NCBI GenBank assembly: GCA_028701715.1
Contig: JAQVQF010000001.1
Span: 1-37,963, forward strand
From: Eubacteriales bacterium
GTDB taxonomy: Bacteria; Bacillota; Clostridia; Oscillospirales; CAG-382
DNA: 37,963 nucleotides
Direction: 5' to 3'
In this document: piece by piece, positions 8,658 through 16,968 of the stretch
Position numbering within the stretch: the stretch's first letter is position 1
Layout: every line of letters starts with the position of its first letter
Position numbers and translations under genes: made by a program
The notes under the pieces: generated by a model
What the model saw: the letters and a program-made list of their open reading frames with translations, nothing else
Databases searched by the model: none
Told to the model about the DNA's origin: nothing

Positions 8658-9956
8658 TTATAATTTTCTGTTGTCTATTACCCTCTTCGCCTTGCCTTCG
8701 GAACGCGGAAGCGTCTTCGGCTCGACGAGCGAAACCTTGGCGTGGACGTTCAGCATCGACTGGAGCGCGTTTTCAAGAACCTTTTCCGCTCTTTCTATAT
8801 CGCGCACGGTGTCGGAAACGGTGTTTTCGTTTATTTCAACCTTGACTTCCATGCAGTCGAGGTTGTTTTTTCTGTCTACGATGATAAGGTAATTCGTGCC
8901 GAAGCCCAACTGCGTCAGCGTGTATTCCACCTGTGACGGGAACACGTTTACGCCGCGGATAATGAGCATATCGTCGCTTCTTCCCCTGGGCTTCGCCATC
9001 CTGACGGTGGTCCTGCCGCATTCGCATTTGCCGTGATACAGCGCGGAAATGTCGTGGGTGCGGTAGCGTATGAGAGGCAGCGCCTCCTTGCCTATGCAGG
9101 TGAACACAAGCTCGCCGTATACGCCGTCCTCCACCGGTTCGCCGGTATCTATATCGACAACTTCCGGATAGAAATAATCCTCGTTTACATGCAGATGCTT
9201 CTGGCAGCTGCAGTCGTAGGATACCCCGGGGCCCGTGATTTCGCTCAGTCCGTAAATATCGTATGCCTTTATTCCGAGGAGTTTTTCGATCTCAATCCTC
9301 ATCCCGTCGGTCCATGGCTCCGCGCCGAAAATTCCCGCTCTCAATGAGAGCGATTCGGGCGAGATACCCATATCCTTCATGGTTTCACCGATAAACATGG
9401 CATAAGACGGGGTACAGCAAATAATATCCGAACCGAAATCCTGCAGCAGCTGTACCTGACGGTTGGTGTTGCCGGATGACACGGGGAGCGCGACCGCGCC
9501 CAGCTTTTCCGCGCCGTAATGGAGTCCGAGACCTCCGGTGAACAGTCCGTAGCCGTAGCTGATATGAATTATATCCTCTTTTGTGCCTCCCGCCGCGGCT
9601 ATCGCTCTCGCGGTGGATTCCGCCCATATGTCGATATCACGCTGCGTATAGCCGACAACCGTCTGCTTGCCGGTCGTACCCGACGAGGCGTGAATGCGGA
9701 TTATTTCGCTCTTCGGGACGGCAAACATACCGAAAGGATAATTATCCCTTAAATCCTGCTTGTTGGTGTACGGGAGCTTGGTTATATCATGTATGGATGT
9801 GATACCGTATGGATTTATACCCGCGTCGTCGAATTGCTTTTTATAGAACGGTACGTTTTCATAAGCGCGTTTTACCGTCGCCTTCAGGCGTTCTGTCTGT
9901 ATGGCTTCAAGGGTTTCCCTGTCTGCGCATTCTATTTCTGGTGTGAAAACATTCAT
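8658..9956 (-). CDS. paaK: phenylacetate--CoA ligase family protein
   Basis: 432 aa. ...IHASSGTTGK... (adenylate-forming P-loop), ...YGLSE... and ...GRSDDMLIIRGVNVFP... are PaaK-type motifs. Confidence 0.92.
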   Translation of the reverse strand: MNVFTPEIECADRETLEAIQTERLKATVKRAYENVPFYKKQFDDAGINPYGITSIHDITKLPYTNKQDLRDNYPFGMFAVPKSEIIRIHASSGTTGKQTVVGYTQRDIDIWAESTARAIAAAGGTKEDIIHISYGYGLFTGGLGLHYGAEKLGAVALPVSSGNTNRQVQLLQDFGSDIICCTPSYAMFIGETMKDMGISPESLSLRAGIFGAEPWTDGMRIEIEKLLGIKAYDIYGLSEITGPGVSYDCSCQKHLHVNEDYFYPEVVDIDTGEPVEDGVYGELVFTCIGKEALPLIRYRTHDISALYHGKCECGRTTVRMAKPRGRSDDMLIIRGVNVFPSQVEYTLTQLGFGTNYLIIVDRKNNLDCMEVKVEINENTVSDTVRDIERAEKVLENALQSMLNVHAKVSLVEPKTLPRSEGKAKRVIDNRKL

Positions 9957-9959
9957 CCG

Positions 9960-10538
9960 TCAGTCCTCCTTTACCGAATACCCGAGCCCGAAGGCCTTCA
10001 GGTTGACGTCCACGGTTTTAGCGGGGACTGTCGTTTTTATCGCATCCTCCCAGACGCTTCTGTCAAGGCCGAGATATTTTGCGGCGACGCCGAGCAGCAC
10101 CACGTTGACCGAACGGGCGGAGCCCGCTTCCCCGGCAAGCTTAAGGGCGTCGAGCGTTATTGTTTTAATTCCGGATTGCTTTATTTTTGTTATAATATCT
10201 TCCGGATATTTCGCCTGACCGGTGATAACCGGCATGGGATTCATTTTTTGGGTGTTGGTTATTATAACTCCGTCGGGCTTTAGGTATGACATCCATCTCG
10301 CCGCTTCCAGCAGCTCGAAGGATATGAGCATATCCGCTTCGCCCTTGTCTATGACCGCGGAATCGACTTTTTCGCCGTACCGCACATAGGTCACCACACT
10401 GCCGCCGCGCTGGGACATTCCGTGGACCTCGCTGACCTTTATATCGTATCCCCGCTCGAGGAATACCTTGCCCATAAGCTTGGAGGCAAGCAGCGTACCC
10501 TGTCCGCCGACACCCGCTATAAGAATGTTGTAAGTCAT
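9960..10538 (-). CDS. iorB: indolepyruvate:ferredoxin oxidoreductase subunit beta
   Basis: 192 aa. It has NILIAGVGGQGTLLASK and ...HGMSQRGGSV..., the gamma-type domain of 2-oxoacid:ferredoxin oxidoreductases. There is a 1-nt gap from the iorA stop. Confidence 0.9.
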   Translation of the reverse strand: MTYNILIAGVGGQGTLLASKLMGKVFLERGYDIKVSEVHGMSQRGGSVVTYVRYGEKVDSAVIDKGEADMLISFELLEAARWMSYLKPDGVIITNTQKMNPMPVITGQAKYPEDIITKIKQSGIKTITLDALKLAGEAGSARSVNVVLLGVAAKYLGLDRSVWEDAIKTTVPAKTVDVNLKAFGLGYSVKED

Positions 10539-10539
10539 A

Positions 10540-12273
10540 TTATTCCGCCTCCTTTATCGCGCCGACCTTGCAGGCGGCCTTGCATATACCGCAGCCGACG
10601 CATTGATTGCTGTCGATAACCGCACGCTTGCCTTCGACGGAAATGGCGGGACAGCCCACCTGCAGACAGGCTTTGCAGCCTATGCATTCGTCGCCGACGA
10701 CGAGCGCTTTCTTATGCTTGACCTGTTTCAGTAACGCACACGGACGACGGGCTATAATAAGGGAAGGTTCGGCTTTTTCAAGCTCTTCGGTTATGACCTT
10801 CTTTGATGCTTCGACATCGTACGGGTCCACCACTCTTACGGAATTAAAGCCCACCGCGCCCGCCAGCGCCTCAAGGTTCACCGCCGCCGTGGGATCGCCC
10901 TTAATGGTAAGCCCGTTGGCGGGGTTATTCTGATGCCCCGTCATACCGGTGATGGAGTTGTCGAGTATTATGACCGTGGATATTCCCTTGTTGTAGGCTA
11001 TATCGATAAGCCCGGTTATACCGGAATGGATGAAGGTGGAGTCGCCGATCACCGCGACAGACCGCTTCGCCTGTTCGCTGCCGCGGGCTATGTTGAAGCC
11101 GTGAAGACCCGAAATCGAAGCTCCCATGCAGACGCAGGCGTCTATCTGGGCAAGCGGCTTCTGCGCCGCGAGGGTGTAACAGCCTATGTCGCCGGAAACA
11201 TATACCTTAAGCCCCTTGAGCGCGTAAAACAGCCCTCTGTGCGGACAGCCCGCGCATAGCACGGGGGGACGCCCGGGGATTTCCTCCGGAAAGGCGTGAT
11301 ATTCGTTTACGACGCCGAGTATTGCTTTTTTTATCACGGACTGCGAATATTCGCCGCAGAACGAAAACAGGTTTTTGCCCTCGACGGCGATCCCGTTCTT
11401 TTTACAATGCGTTTCTATTATGTCGTCAAGCTCCTCGCAGACTATAATGCGTTTGACCTGCGACGCGAATTTTTTGATAAGCTCTGCAGGCAGAGGGTTA
11501 ACCATACCGAGCTTAAGATAGCTTGCCTTTTCGCCCAAGGCTTCTTTCGCGTAGTTATATGTTGTTCCGGCGGCGATTATGCCGATGTCTCCGCCGGCTT
11601 CTATTTTATTGATTCCGCTGTTTTCGGCGTATTCGACGAGCTTTTTTGTCCTCTCCTCGACAAAGATATGCCTTGCTCTGGCCATGGCTGGCATCATCAC
11701 GTTTTTGCCGGGATTTTTAACGTACTCCTTTAACGGCAGCTCCTTCCTTTCGCCTTTTTCCACGGGGGAACGCGAATGCGAAATTCTGGTGGAAAGCCTG
11801 AGCATGACGGGTGTGTCGTAGGCTTCGGAAATTTCGTACGCAAGCATCGTCATATCTTTGCATTCCTGCGAATCGCAGGGTTCGAGCATGGGTATCTTGG
11901 ACGCTATCGCGTGATGGCGCGAATCCTGCTCGTTCTGGGACGAATGCATACCGGGGTCGTCGGCGACGCCTATTACCATGCCGGCGTTGACGCCTATGTA
12001 GGATGCGGTATATATCGGATCGGCGGCGACGTTAAGCCCCACGTGCTTCATGGCGCAGAATGACCTCGCCCCGCCTATCGAGGCTCCGAAAGCCACCTCG
12101 GCGGCGACCTTTTCGTTGGGAGCCCATTCGGAATAAATAATATTTTTGTCATATTCGGCAACGCATTCCGTTATTTCCGTACTCGGAGTGCCGGGATAGG
12201 AGGAAACGACCTTTACGCCCGCCTCATATAACCCTCTTGCTGCGGCATGGTTGCCAAGCATCAGTTCTTTCAT
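10540..12273 (-). CDS. iorA: indolepyruvate:ferredoxin oxidoreductase subunit alpha
   Basis: It has the TPP-binding ...GDSTFIHSG... motif and two C-terminal ferredoxin motifs (CIGCKACLQVGCP and CVGCGICKAACKVG). The track start at 12291 is a TTG. I prefer ATG 12273 (MKELMLGNHAAARG...). Confidence 0.93.
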   Translation of the reverse strand: MKELMLGNHAAARGLYEAGVKVVSSYPGTPSTEITECVAEYDKNIIYSEWAPNEKVAAEVAFGASIGGARSFCAMKHVGLNVAADPIYTASYIGVNAGMVIGVADDPGMHSSQNEQDSRHHAIASKIPMLEPCDSQECKDMTMLAYEISEAYDTPVMLRLSTRISHSRSPVEKGERKELPLKEYVKNPGKNVMMPAMARARHIFVEERTKKLVEYAENSGINKIEAGGDIGIIAAGTTYNYAKEALGEKASYLKLGMVNPLPAELIKKFASQVKRIIVCEELDDIIETHCKKNGIAVEGKNLFSFCGEYSQSVIKKAILGVVNEYHAFPEEIPGRPPVLCAGCPHRGLFYALKGLKVYVSGDIGCYTLAAQKPLAQIDACVCMGASISGLHGFNIARGSEQAKRSVAVIGDSTFIHSGITGLIDIAYNKGISTVIILDNSITGMTGHQNNPANGLTIKGDPTAAVNLEALAGAVGFNSVRVVDPYDVEASKKVITEELEKAEPSLIIARRPCALLKQVKHKKALVVGDECIGCKACLQVGCPAISVEGKRAVIDSNQCVGCGICKAACKVGAIKEAE

Positions 12274-12294
12274 TAAATAAAATCCTTTCAATCC

Positions 12295-12420
12295 TTACTT
12301 AACATTCGATTTCTTACGGAAAGGCGGCATAAACTGCAAAAACAATCCGGCCGCCGGAATAAATCGGTCGTCAAGGCGCTGCCTGATTAATCCCGCCGCA
12401 TTAACTTTAAATTTGTTCAT
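12295..12420 (-). CDS. 41-aa sORF, first cistron of the ior operon transcript (function unknown)
   Basis: MNKFKVNAAGLIRQRLDDRFIPAAGLFLQFMPPFRKKSNVK. AAAGGAGAAACGGT precedes the ATG at 12420. It lies downstream of a TTGAAA-17-TATAAT promoter and stops 21 nt before the iorA ATG. Coding status is unproven. Confidence 0.35.
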   Translation of the reverse strand: MNKFKVNAAGLIRQRLDDRFIPAAGLFLQFMPPFRKKSNVK

Positions 12421-12469
12421 ACCGTTTCTCCTTTCGGATTTTATTTTAATACGAAAAAGTATAAAGTAC

Positions 12470-12498
12470 ATTATACAGATTAAACTTTCCTTTTTCAA
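12470..12498 (-). promoter_or_regulatory. SigA-type promoter for sORF-iorA-iorB-paaK-ACT operon
   Basis: On the minus strand, TTGAAA (12498..12493), 17 nt, TATAAT (12475..12470). Confidence 0.55.
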
Positions 12499-12561
12499 TG
12501 CTTTTCGTAATAAAACTTTGAAAAAAACGCTGTTTATTATGTACTTTTTTGTCATAATATG

Positions 12562-12590
12562 TTGATTATTGGCAATGCGTGTAGTATTAT
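12562..12590 (+). promoter_or_regulatory. possible promoter for the pilin-like gene
   Basis: TTGATT (12562-12567), 17 nt, TATTAT (12585-12590), about 30 nt upstream of the ATG at 12621. Confidence 0.4.
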
Positions 12591-12620
12591 ACATATATCT
12601 CATTAAATGGAGGCGGTAAT

Positions 12621-14039
12621 ATGCGTTCTGCCAAACGCAAAGGTTTCACAATTGTGGAGCTTGTTATAATAATAGCCGTGATTGCGCTCCTCGCAAGCGT
12701 GCTTGTCCCGGTTTTCGGCGGTATTGTTACCAAAGCAAAACGTTCTTCCGCCATGCAGGAGGCGAAAAACCTGCTCACCATGTTAAATTCCGCTTATATT
12801 GCGGAAAACGAGGGTAAGCCGCTTCCGGAGGGAATTGTTCTTGAAAGCGGAGGATACTGGTTTGTATATATTGAAAACAGGCTTTATGAAATCGCTTTAT
12901 CGGGGGAAACCGATTCGGGCGATACCTCTTTTTCCCTTTGGAGCTCGCCGCAATCAAAGGGCGGCGCTTCAGAAATAGCAGCTGTTTTAAATAACGCTCC
13001 GGCAGCTCCCTTCACGATAACCGTCGACGGGGTGGAACGCGAATGCACCGATATCGGCTGTGTGATAACCGATACGGACGAATATGTTTTTGCTTTTTAT
13101 TCCTTAAACGGGCTTGCCGTAGCGGAAAGCGGATACTGCTGCGGAATATACGCGGGTTCGGTTATAAACACGGCAGAATGGTTGAGCGTTCCCCCGGATT
13201 CCACGGATGAAATTCCGAATTCCTCCGGTGAGCCCGATATTCCCATATATTCCGTTTCGTTTGAATTAAACAACTGCGCCGCAGACGGCGCGCCTTCCTG
13301 CTCTCCCGATCACGATTATTCGGTTGCCGTAACTCCCGACGATAACTTTACTCTGTCAGGATCTCCGCTATTAACAATAAACGGAGCTGCTTATAACGGT
13401 TATACATGGAGCGGGGACGATGTTTATATCCTCACCGTACCTAAGGAAGATATAACCGGGGATATTACCGTATCCGTAACCGCGCAGGGTAAAAGCTTTT
13501 CGTTTGGCGTCACGGCGGTCGGCTGCACCGTTGATTCCGCAAACGGTTCCGCGCAATACGGAACAAATCTTACACTCCAATTTACTCCGGGTAATAAATA
13601 TTCGCTTTTTAACTCCACTTTAAATGTAAAAATAGGAGATATACCATGTATTAATGAATTGGAATATTCGTGGAACGATGAAAGCGGTCTTCTTATTATA
13701 TACGGTAATTATATAACAAACAATATTACCGTTTCCGTTACTGCTGTATTATCAAAATGTACATTTATATATAACACTGATATATTATCTCTTAGCATTG
13801 TTGATATAAATAATAAACCAATCGTTATAGGATTAGATGATTATTATATTGACATTGGAAAAGATTTTTCATTTCATATTTTATGCTCGAGCAATATCCA
13901 AACAGTTTATATCGCTATAGTTATAAAAAACAATTTATATTATTTTGAAAACAAACCTGTTGATGAAATTATTACAATAATCGGTAATACAATTAATGCA
14001 GATGTAGATGTTTATATATCTTATCAACCAATATATTAA
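12621..14039 (+). CDS. prepilin-type N-terminal cleavage/methylation domain protein, unusually large (472 aa), with three tandem C-terminal modules
   Basis: The N-terminus MRSAKRKG|FTIVELVIIIAVIALLASVLV has Gly at -1, Phe at +1 and Glu at +5 followed by a hydrophobic helix, the class III signal of type IV pilins and pseudopilins. GGAGG RBS. Three ~80-90-aa modules end in ITGDITVSVTA / ITNNITVSVTA / INADVDVYISY. Confidence 0.85.
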   Translation: MRSAKRKGFTIVELVIIIAVIALLASVLVPVFGGIVTKAKRSSAMQEAKNLLTMLNSAYIAENEGKPLPEGIVLESGGYWFVYIENRLYEIALSGETDSGDTSFSLWSSPQSKGGASEIAAVLNNAPAAPFTITVDGVERECTDIGCVITDTDEYVFAFYSLNGLAVAESGYCCGIYAGSVINTAEWLSVPPDSTDEIPNSSGEPDIPIYSVSFELNNCAADGAPSCSPDHDYSVAVTPDDNFTLSGSPLLTINGAAYNGYTWSGDDVYILTVPKEDITGDITVSVTAQGKSFSFGVTAVGCTVDSANGSAQYGTNLTLQFTPGNKYSLFNSTLNVKIGDIPCINELEYSWNDESGLLIIYGNYITNNITVSVTAVLSKCTFIYNTDILSLSIVDINNKPIVIGLDDYYIDIGKDFSFHILCSSNIQTVYIAIVIKNNLYYFENKPVDEIITIIGNTINADVDVYISYQPIY

Positions 14040-14090
14040 TAATATATTAATTTTATTTTAAAAGTTGATAGACTGCTTTTAACAAAATAC

Positions 14091-14147
14091 CACTTGCATT
14101 ATATATGAAAATAATGTAAAATAATATAATAATTAATAATGCAAGTG
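14091..14147 (+). repeat. 12-bp perfect inverted repeat bracketing an AT-rich 33-nt loop, ending at the RBS of the 933-aa gene
   Basis: CACTTGCATTAT (14091-14102) pairs with ATAATGCAAGTG (14136-14147). The GAGGG RBS begins at 14147 and the ATG is at 14156. Confidence 0.8.
14094..14122 (+). promoter_or_regulatory. possible internal promoter for the 933-aa gene / pilT
   Basis: TTGCAT (14094-14099), 17 nt, TAAAAT (14117-14122), in the AT-rich spacer. The -35 hexamer lies inside the left arm of the 12-bp inverted repeat. Confidence 0.35.
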
Positions 14148-14155
14148 AGGGCACG

Positions 14156-16957
14156 ATGGCGTTACAGCATTTTTTCTCAAGAGTCCCCGCAAGGATGTCC
14201 ATGTTCCGCAAATGCGACAGCTTCGACACCTTCGCGAAATCCAAGGAGCTGACAAAGGAGTACATAAACGGCAATCTGACAAAGATCTGCGAATATAAGC
14301 CGACAGAAGAGGAGCTTGACTTTATTTTACAGGACAAGCTGCCGCCGGTTTACTGCGCTTGCTTCGGCAGGGACGGCGAGGACCTCATCCAGTCGAAATT
14401 TTCCTTTGTTTCTTCGGATTATACCGGCGAACGTCCGAGCTGGCTTTGCCATTCCCTCATATTGAATAAAAACGAAAGCAATCTGCTGTACGGCCGTCCG
14501 GATTCGGTTATGCTAAACCGCGAGGCTTTTCGGCTTTCGCTTGGCGATTTTAACCTCACGGACAAAACCGCCCGTTATATAAACGACTGCCCGACGCCGG
14601 AATATCCCGCGGCGGAAATCGGCTCTCTCACCGCCTGGGCGGAAGGCTATGACGAGCTTGTTATGAAAAAAATTATTTTCGCCGTAATGAACGCCGCCGC
14701 TTCCAATCAGAAGAATGTTTACATAAGCCTTGCGAAGCCGCTCGATACGCTTTCCGAGGAAGCGCTGGATTTTATAAACCGTCTTATGCTTATATTCCCC
14801 GGCGCGGTCAGAAGAAAGATATCGTTTATCACGGAATATAATGACAGCATACAGACTAAAAATTATAAAATTCGTTTTATTCCCGGTCACCTTACGGACC
14901 TTTGCGGCAATCGCGGTTATGTGGTCGACACCGGCAGGAAAATTTCCTACGGCGTTTACGAGGACGATCTTACCGCGGTTAAGGATGAGCTGGATTTTTT
15001 GTACAGCCTTTTTTCCGACGGCAAAACCAGAATAAGCTTTCTCGCGTTTTATGACGAGGCGGCTTCCTCACGCCGTGAAAGCTTGTCCTTCAGCCTGAAA
15101 ATTTTCCTTGACCTTATATATCTTTTCCGCCGAATATGCGGCAAATACGGTGAAAACGAAATCGTCCCGGACGACAACGCCGTGCTGAGGATGATAACCA
15201 CCTATGAAAAATACAGGACCTATTTAAAAACGGAAGACAGGCGGAGTATACTTTCGGTGCTTGACAGATATTCCGAAAGCCGTCTGGCAATACCTCAGAC
15301 AATTTTCACAAGGATAGGTAAAATATACGTTTCCGAGCCCGAGCAGTGCAAAAAGGTCATTATGACCGTGGTTCTTGATCTGCTGCACACGAATATCATG
15401 CGCGACAAGCTGTTCGCTTTTATCGATTCGACCTATGAAAGCGAATCCGCCGCCAGCCGGGATATTATCTGCGAGGATTTATCGAGAGTATTTTACGGCG
15501 GGTTCCTGCAATCGGATATACTGGATTTCTACGGCAAGCATTTCGGCAATGAATCCGAAGCCGTGAAGGAAATTATACTCGAAAAACTCCTTATGACAAT
15601 CCGCACCGAAACCATACAAAGGAAAATACTTGACTTTATCGATAAATATCAGGCATCCGTACCGCCGCATCTCAAGCAGATGATATATCACACCTTTTAT
15701 GAAATGCTGCCCGAAAACGATATGCTTTCCAAGCGTATAATACCGGTAATGGGAAGATGCATGGCCGCTGACGATGAAGAAACAAAGCAGCGTGTTTTTG
15801 AAAGCCTGTTATCCCTTATTTATGCGGACGAGGAAAAGGGCGGCGGCGCATTGCTGGAAATATGCCTTTCCGGTGTGAGAAACAATCTGCCTTTAGGCAA
15901 TATGCTGGTGAAAAGAGCTTTCGGCGAATGGAACGGCGACGCGCGGTTCGAAACGGTGTTAAACAGCTTTCTGGGCGGCTCGCTTATTTCCGTCGGCAAC
16001 GCTCTCAAGCTGCTTTGGGATCTTGTTCCCGTTATTCCCGACGGCGCATATAAAAGGCTGTACGAAAAAGCGTCCGCGCTTATCGTCTCCGTTTCACAGA
16101 AAAACGACCTTTTCGATTTTTTGGATTTCGATAAAAAAGTTCGCGACGCGCTTCGCGAAAGCGGTTCGCAAAACGGCGGGCGTTTTTACGGCGAGCTATA
16201 TTCATCGGTTATAATACCCCTTGTGGGAACCAAGCTTTCCGACGCGTTCAACACTAACCGCAATAAAATCGGTCTGCAGGCGATACTCGATTTAGCGCAG
16301 AGCGAGGAAAAGCTCAAGGAGCTCCCCGGAACGGAGGTCATAAAAGCGGTTATCATGGTTGTTGACCTTGTAAACAAGGGCAGGCATGAAGCCGCTCTCG
16401 GAACACTGATGAACATTCCGCTTTACATGGAATCCGGAAAATTGGTTTCGGAAACCCTCAAAACAGAATTTACCGGTATCGAGGACGCTTCCAACAACAC
16501 GGGAGATATTTACCGGGACGCGGTCATGGGCGCCATGTATTCATATCTTGAAAACGGGAAAATACTCCTTGGCGGAATTTTCGGCAAATGTCTCGAAAGA
16601 AAACGCGCTTTCGACCTTTACAACAAGCCCGTAAAAACCAAATCCTCCGCAAAGGACATCCAGGACGAGGACAGCAGGACAGCCATGACGGTTTTCGCAG
16701 GCATTGTGCGTCTTTGCGTTGCGGTCGGCGTCATGGATTGCGCAAAAGAGGTAAAGGACCAGCTGTTCGCAAACCCCGACAGCGAGCTGGACAAGCTTGC
16801 GAAACGCATACTTGCCGGAGCTACAAAAAAATCCAAGGATTTATACTTTGAAATATATAATTACGCACGACACGGTTCGTTGCGCATAGCGCGCAAGCTT
16901 GAGTCTGCCGTAATGAATACGGACGATTGCCCCAGAGCATTCAAAAAGCTGTTCTAA
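14156..16957 (+). CDS. hypothetical 933-aa soluble, predominantly helical protein
   Basis: A long ORF with neighbour-like codon usage and a GAGGG RBS 4 nt before the ATG. I see no TM segment, no Walker A (GxxxxGK[ST]) and no metal or nuclease motif. It is tightly coupled to pilT, with an 11-nt gap. Confidence 0.85.
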   Translation: MALQHFFSRVPARMSMFRKCDSFDTFAKSKELTKEYINGNLTKICEYKPTEEELDFILQDKLPPVYCACFGRDGEDLIQSKFSFVSSDYTGERPSWLCHSLILNKNESNLLYGRPDSVMLNREAFRLSLGDFNLTDKTARYINDCPTPEYPAAEIGSLTAWAEGYDELVMKKIIFAVMNAAASNQKNVYISLAKPLDTLSEEALDFINRLMLIFPGAVRRKISFITEYNDSIQTKNYKIRFIPGHLTDLCGNRGYVVDTGRKISYGVYEDDLTAVKDELDFLYSLFSDGKTRISFLAFYDEAASSRRESLSFSLKIFLDLIYLFRRICGKYGENEIVPDDNAVLRMITTYEKYRTYLKTEDRRSILSVLDRYSESRLAIPQTIFTRIGKIYVSEPEQCKKVIMTVVLDLLHTNIMRDKLFAFIDSTYESESAASRDIICEDLSRVFYGGFLQSDILDFYGKHFGNESEAVKEIILEKLLMTIRTETIQRKILDFIDKYQASVPPHLKQMIYHTFYEMLPENDMLSKRIIPVMGRCMAADDEETKQRVFESLLSLIYADEEKGGGALLEICLSGVRNNLPLGNMLVKRAFGEWNGDARFETVLNSFLGGSLISVGNALKLLWDLVPVIPDGAYKRLYEKASALIVSVSQKNDLFDFLDFDKKVRDALRESGSQNGGRFYGELYSSVIIPLVGTKLSDAFNTNRNKIGLQAILDLAQSEEKLKELPGTEVIKAVIMVVDLVNKGRHEAALGTLMNIPLYMESGKLVSETLKTEFTGIEDASNNTGDIYRDAVMGAMYSYLENGKILLGGIFGKCLERKRAFDLYNKPVKTKSSAKDIQDEDSRTAMTVFAGIVRLCVAVGVMDCAKEVKDQLFANPDSELDKLAKRILAGATKKSKDLYFEIYNYARHGSLRIARKLESAVMNTDDCPRAFKKLF

Positions 16958-16968
16958 GGAGTAAAGCA

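Noticed and set aside
12580-12593. TGTA-N6-TACA palindrome over the putative pilin -10, as a possible Crp-family site
   Set aside because: With 4-bp arms in AT-rich DNA it is expected by chance, and it is not close to any Crp/Fnr consensus I can recall.
12295-12603. 102-aa version of the ORF upstream of iorA
   Set aside because: The upstream two thirds run through the AT-rich promoter region, including the TTGAAA-17-TATAAT element itself. Only the distal 41 codons have an RBS, so I report only 12295-12420, and even that with low confidence.
14053-14337. 94-aa minus-strand ORF across the AT-rich spacer and the start of the 933-aa gene
   Set aside because: An open frame in AT-rich spacer DNA overlapping the 5' end of a much better supported gene, with no RBS.
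16927-16968. N-terminal extensions in the ORF track for pilT (16927), trxA (18818), iorA (TTG 12291) and spoVT (GTG 35423)
   Set aside because: In each case an internal ATG has a properly spaced Shine-Dalgarno sequence and gives the family-typical N-terminus. The extensions lack an RBS or overlap upstream genes.
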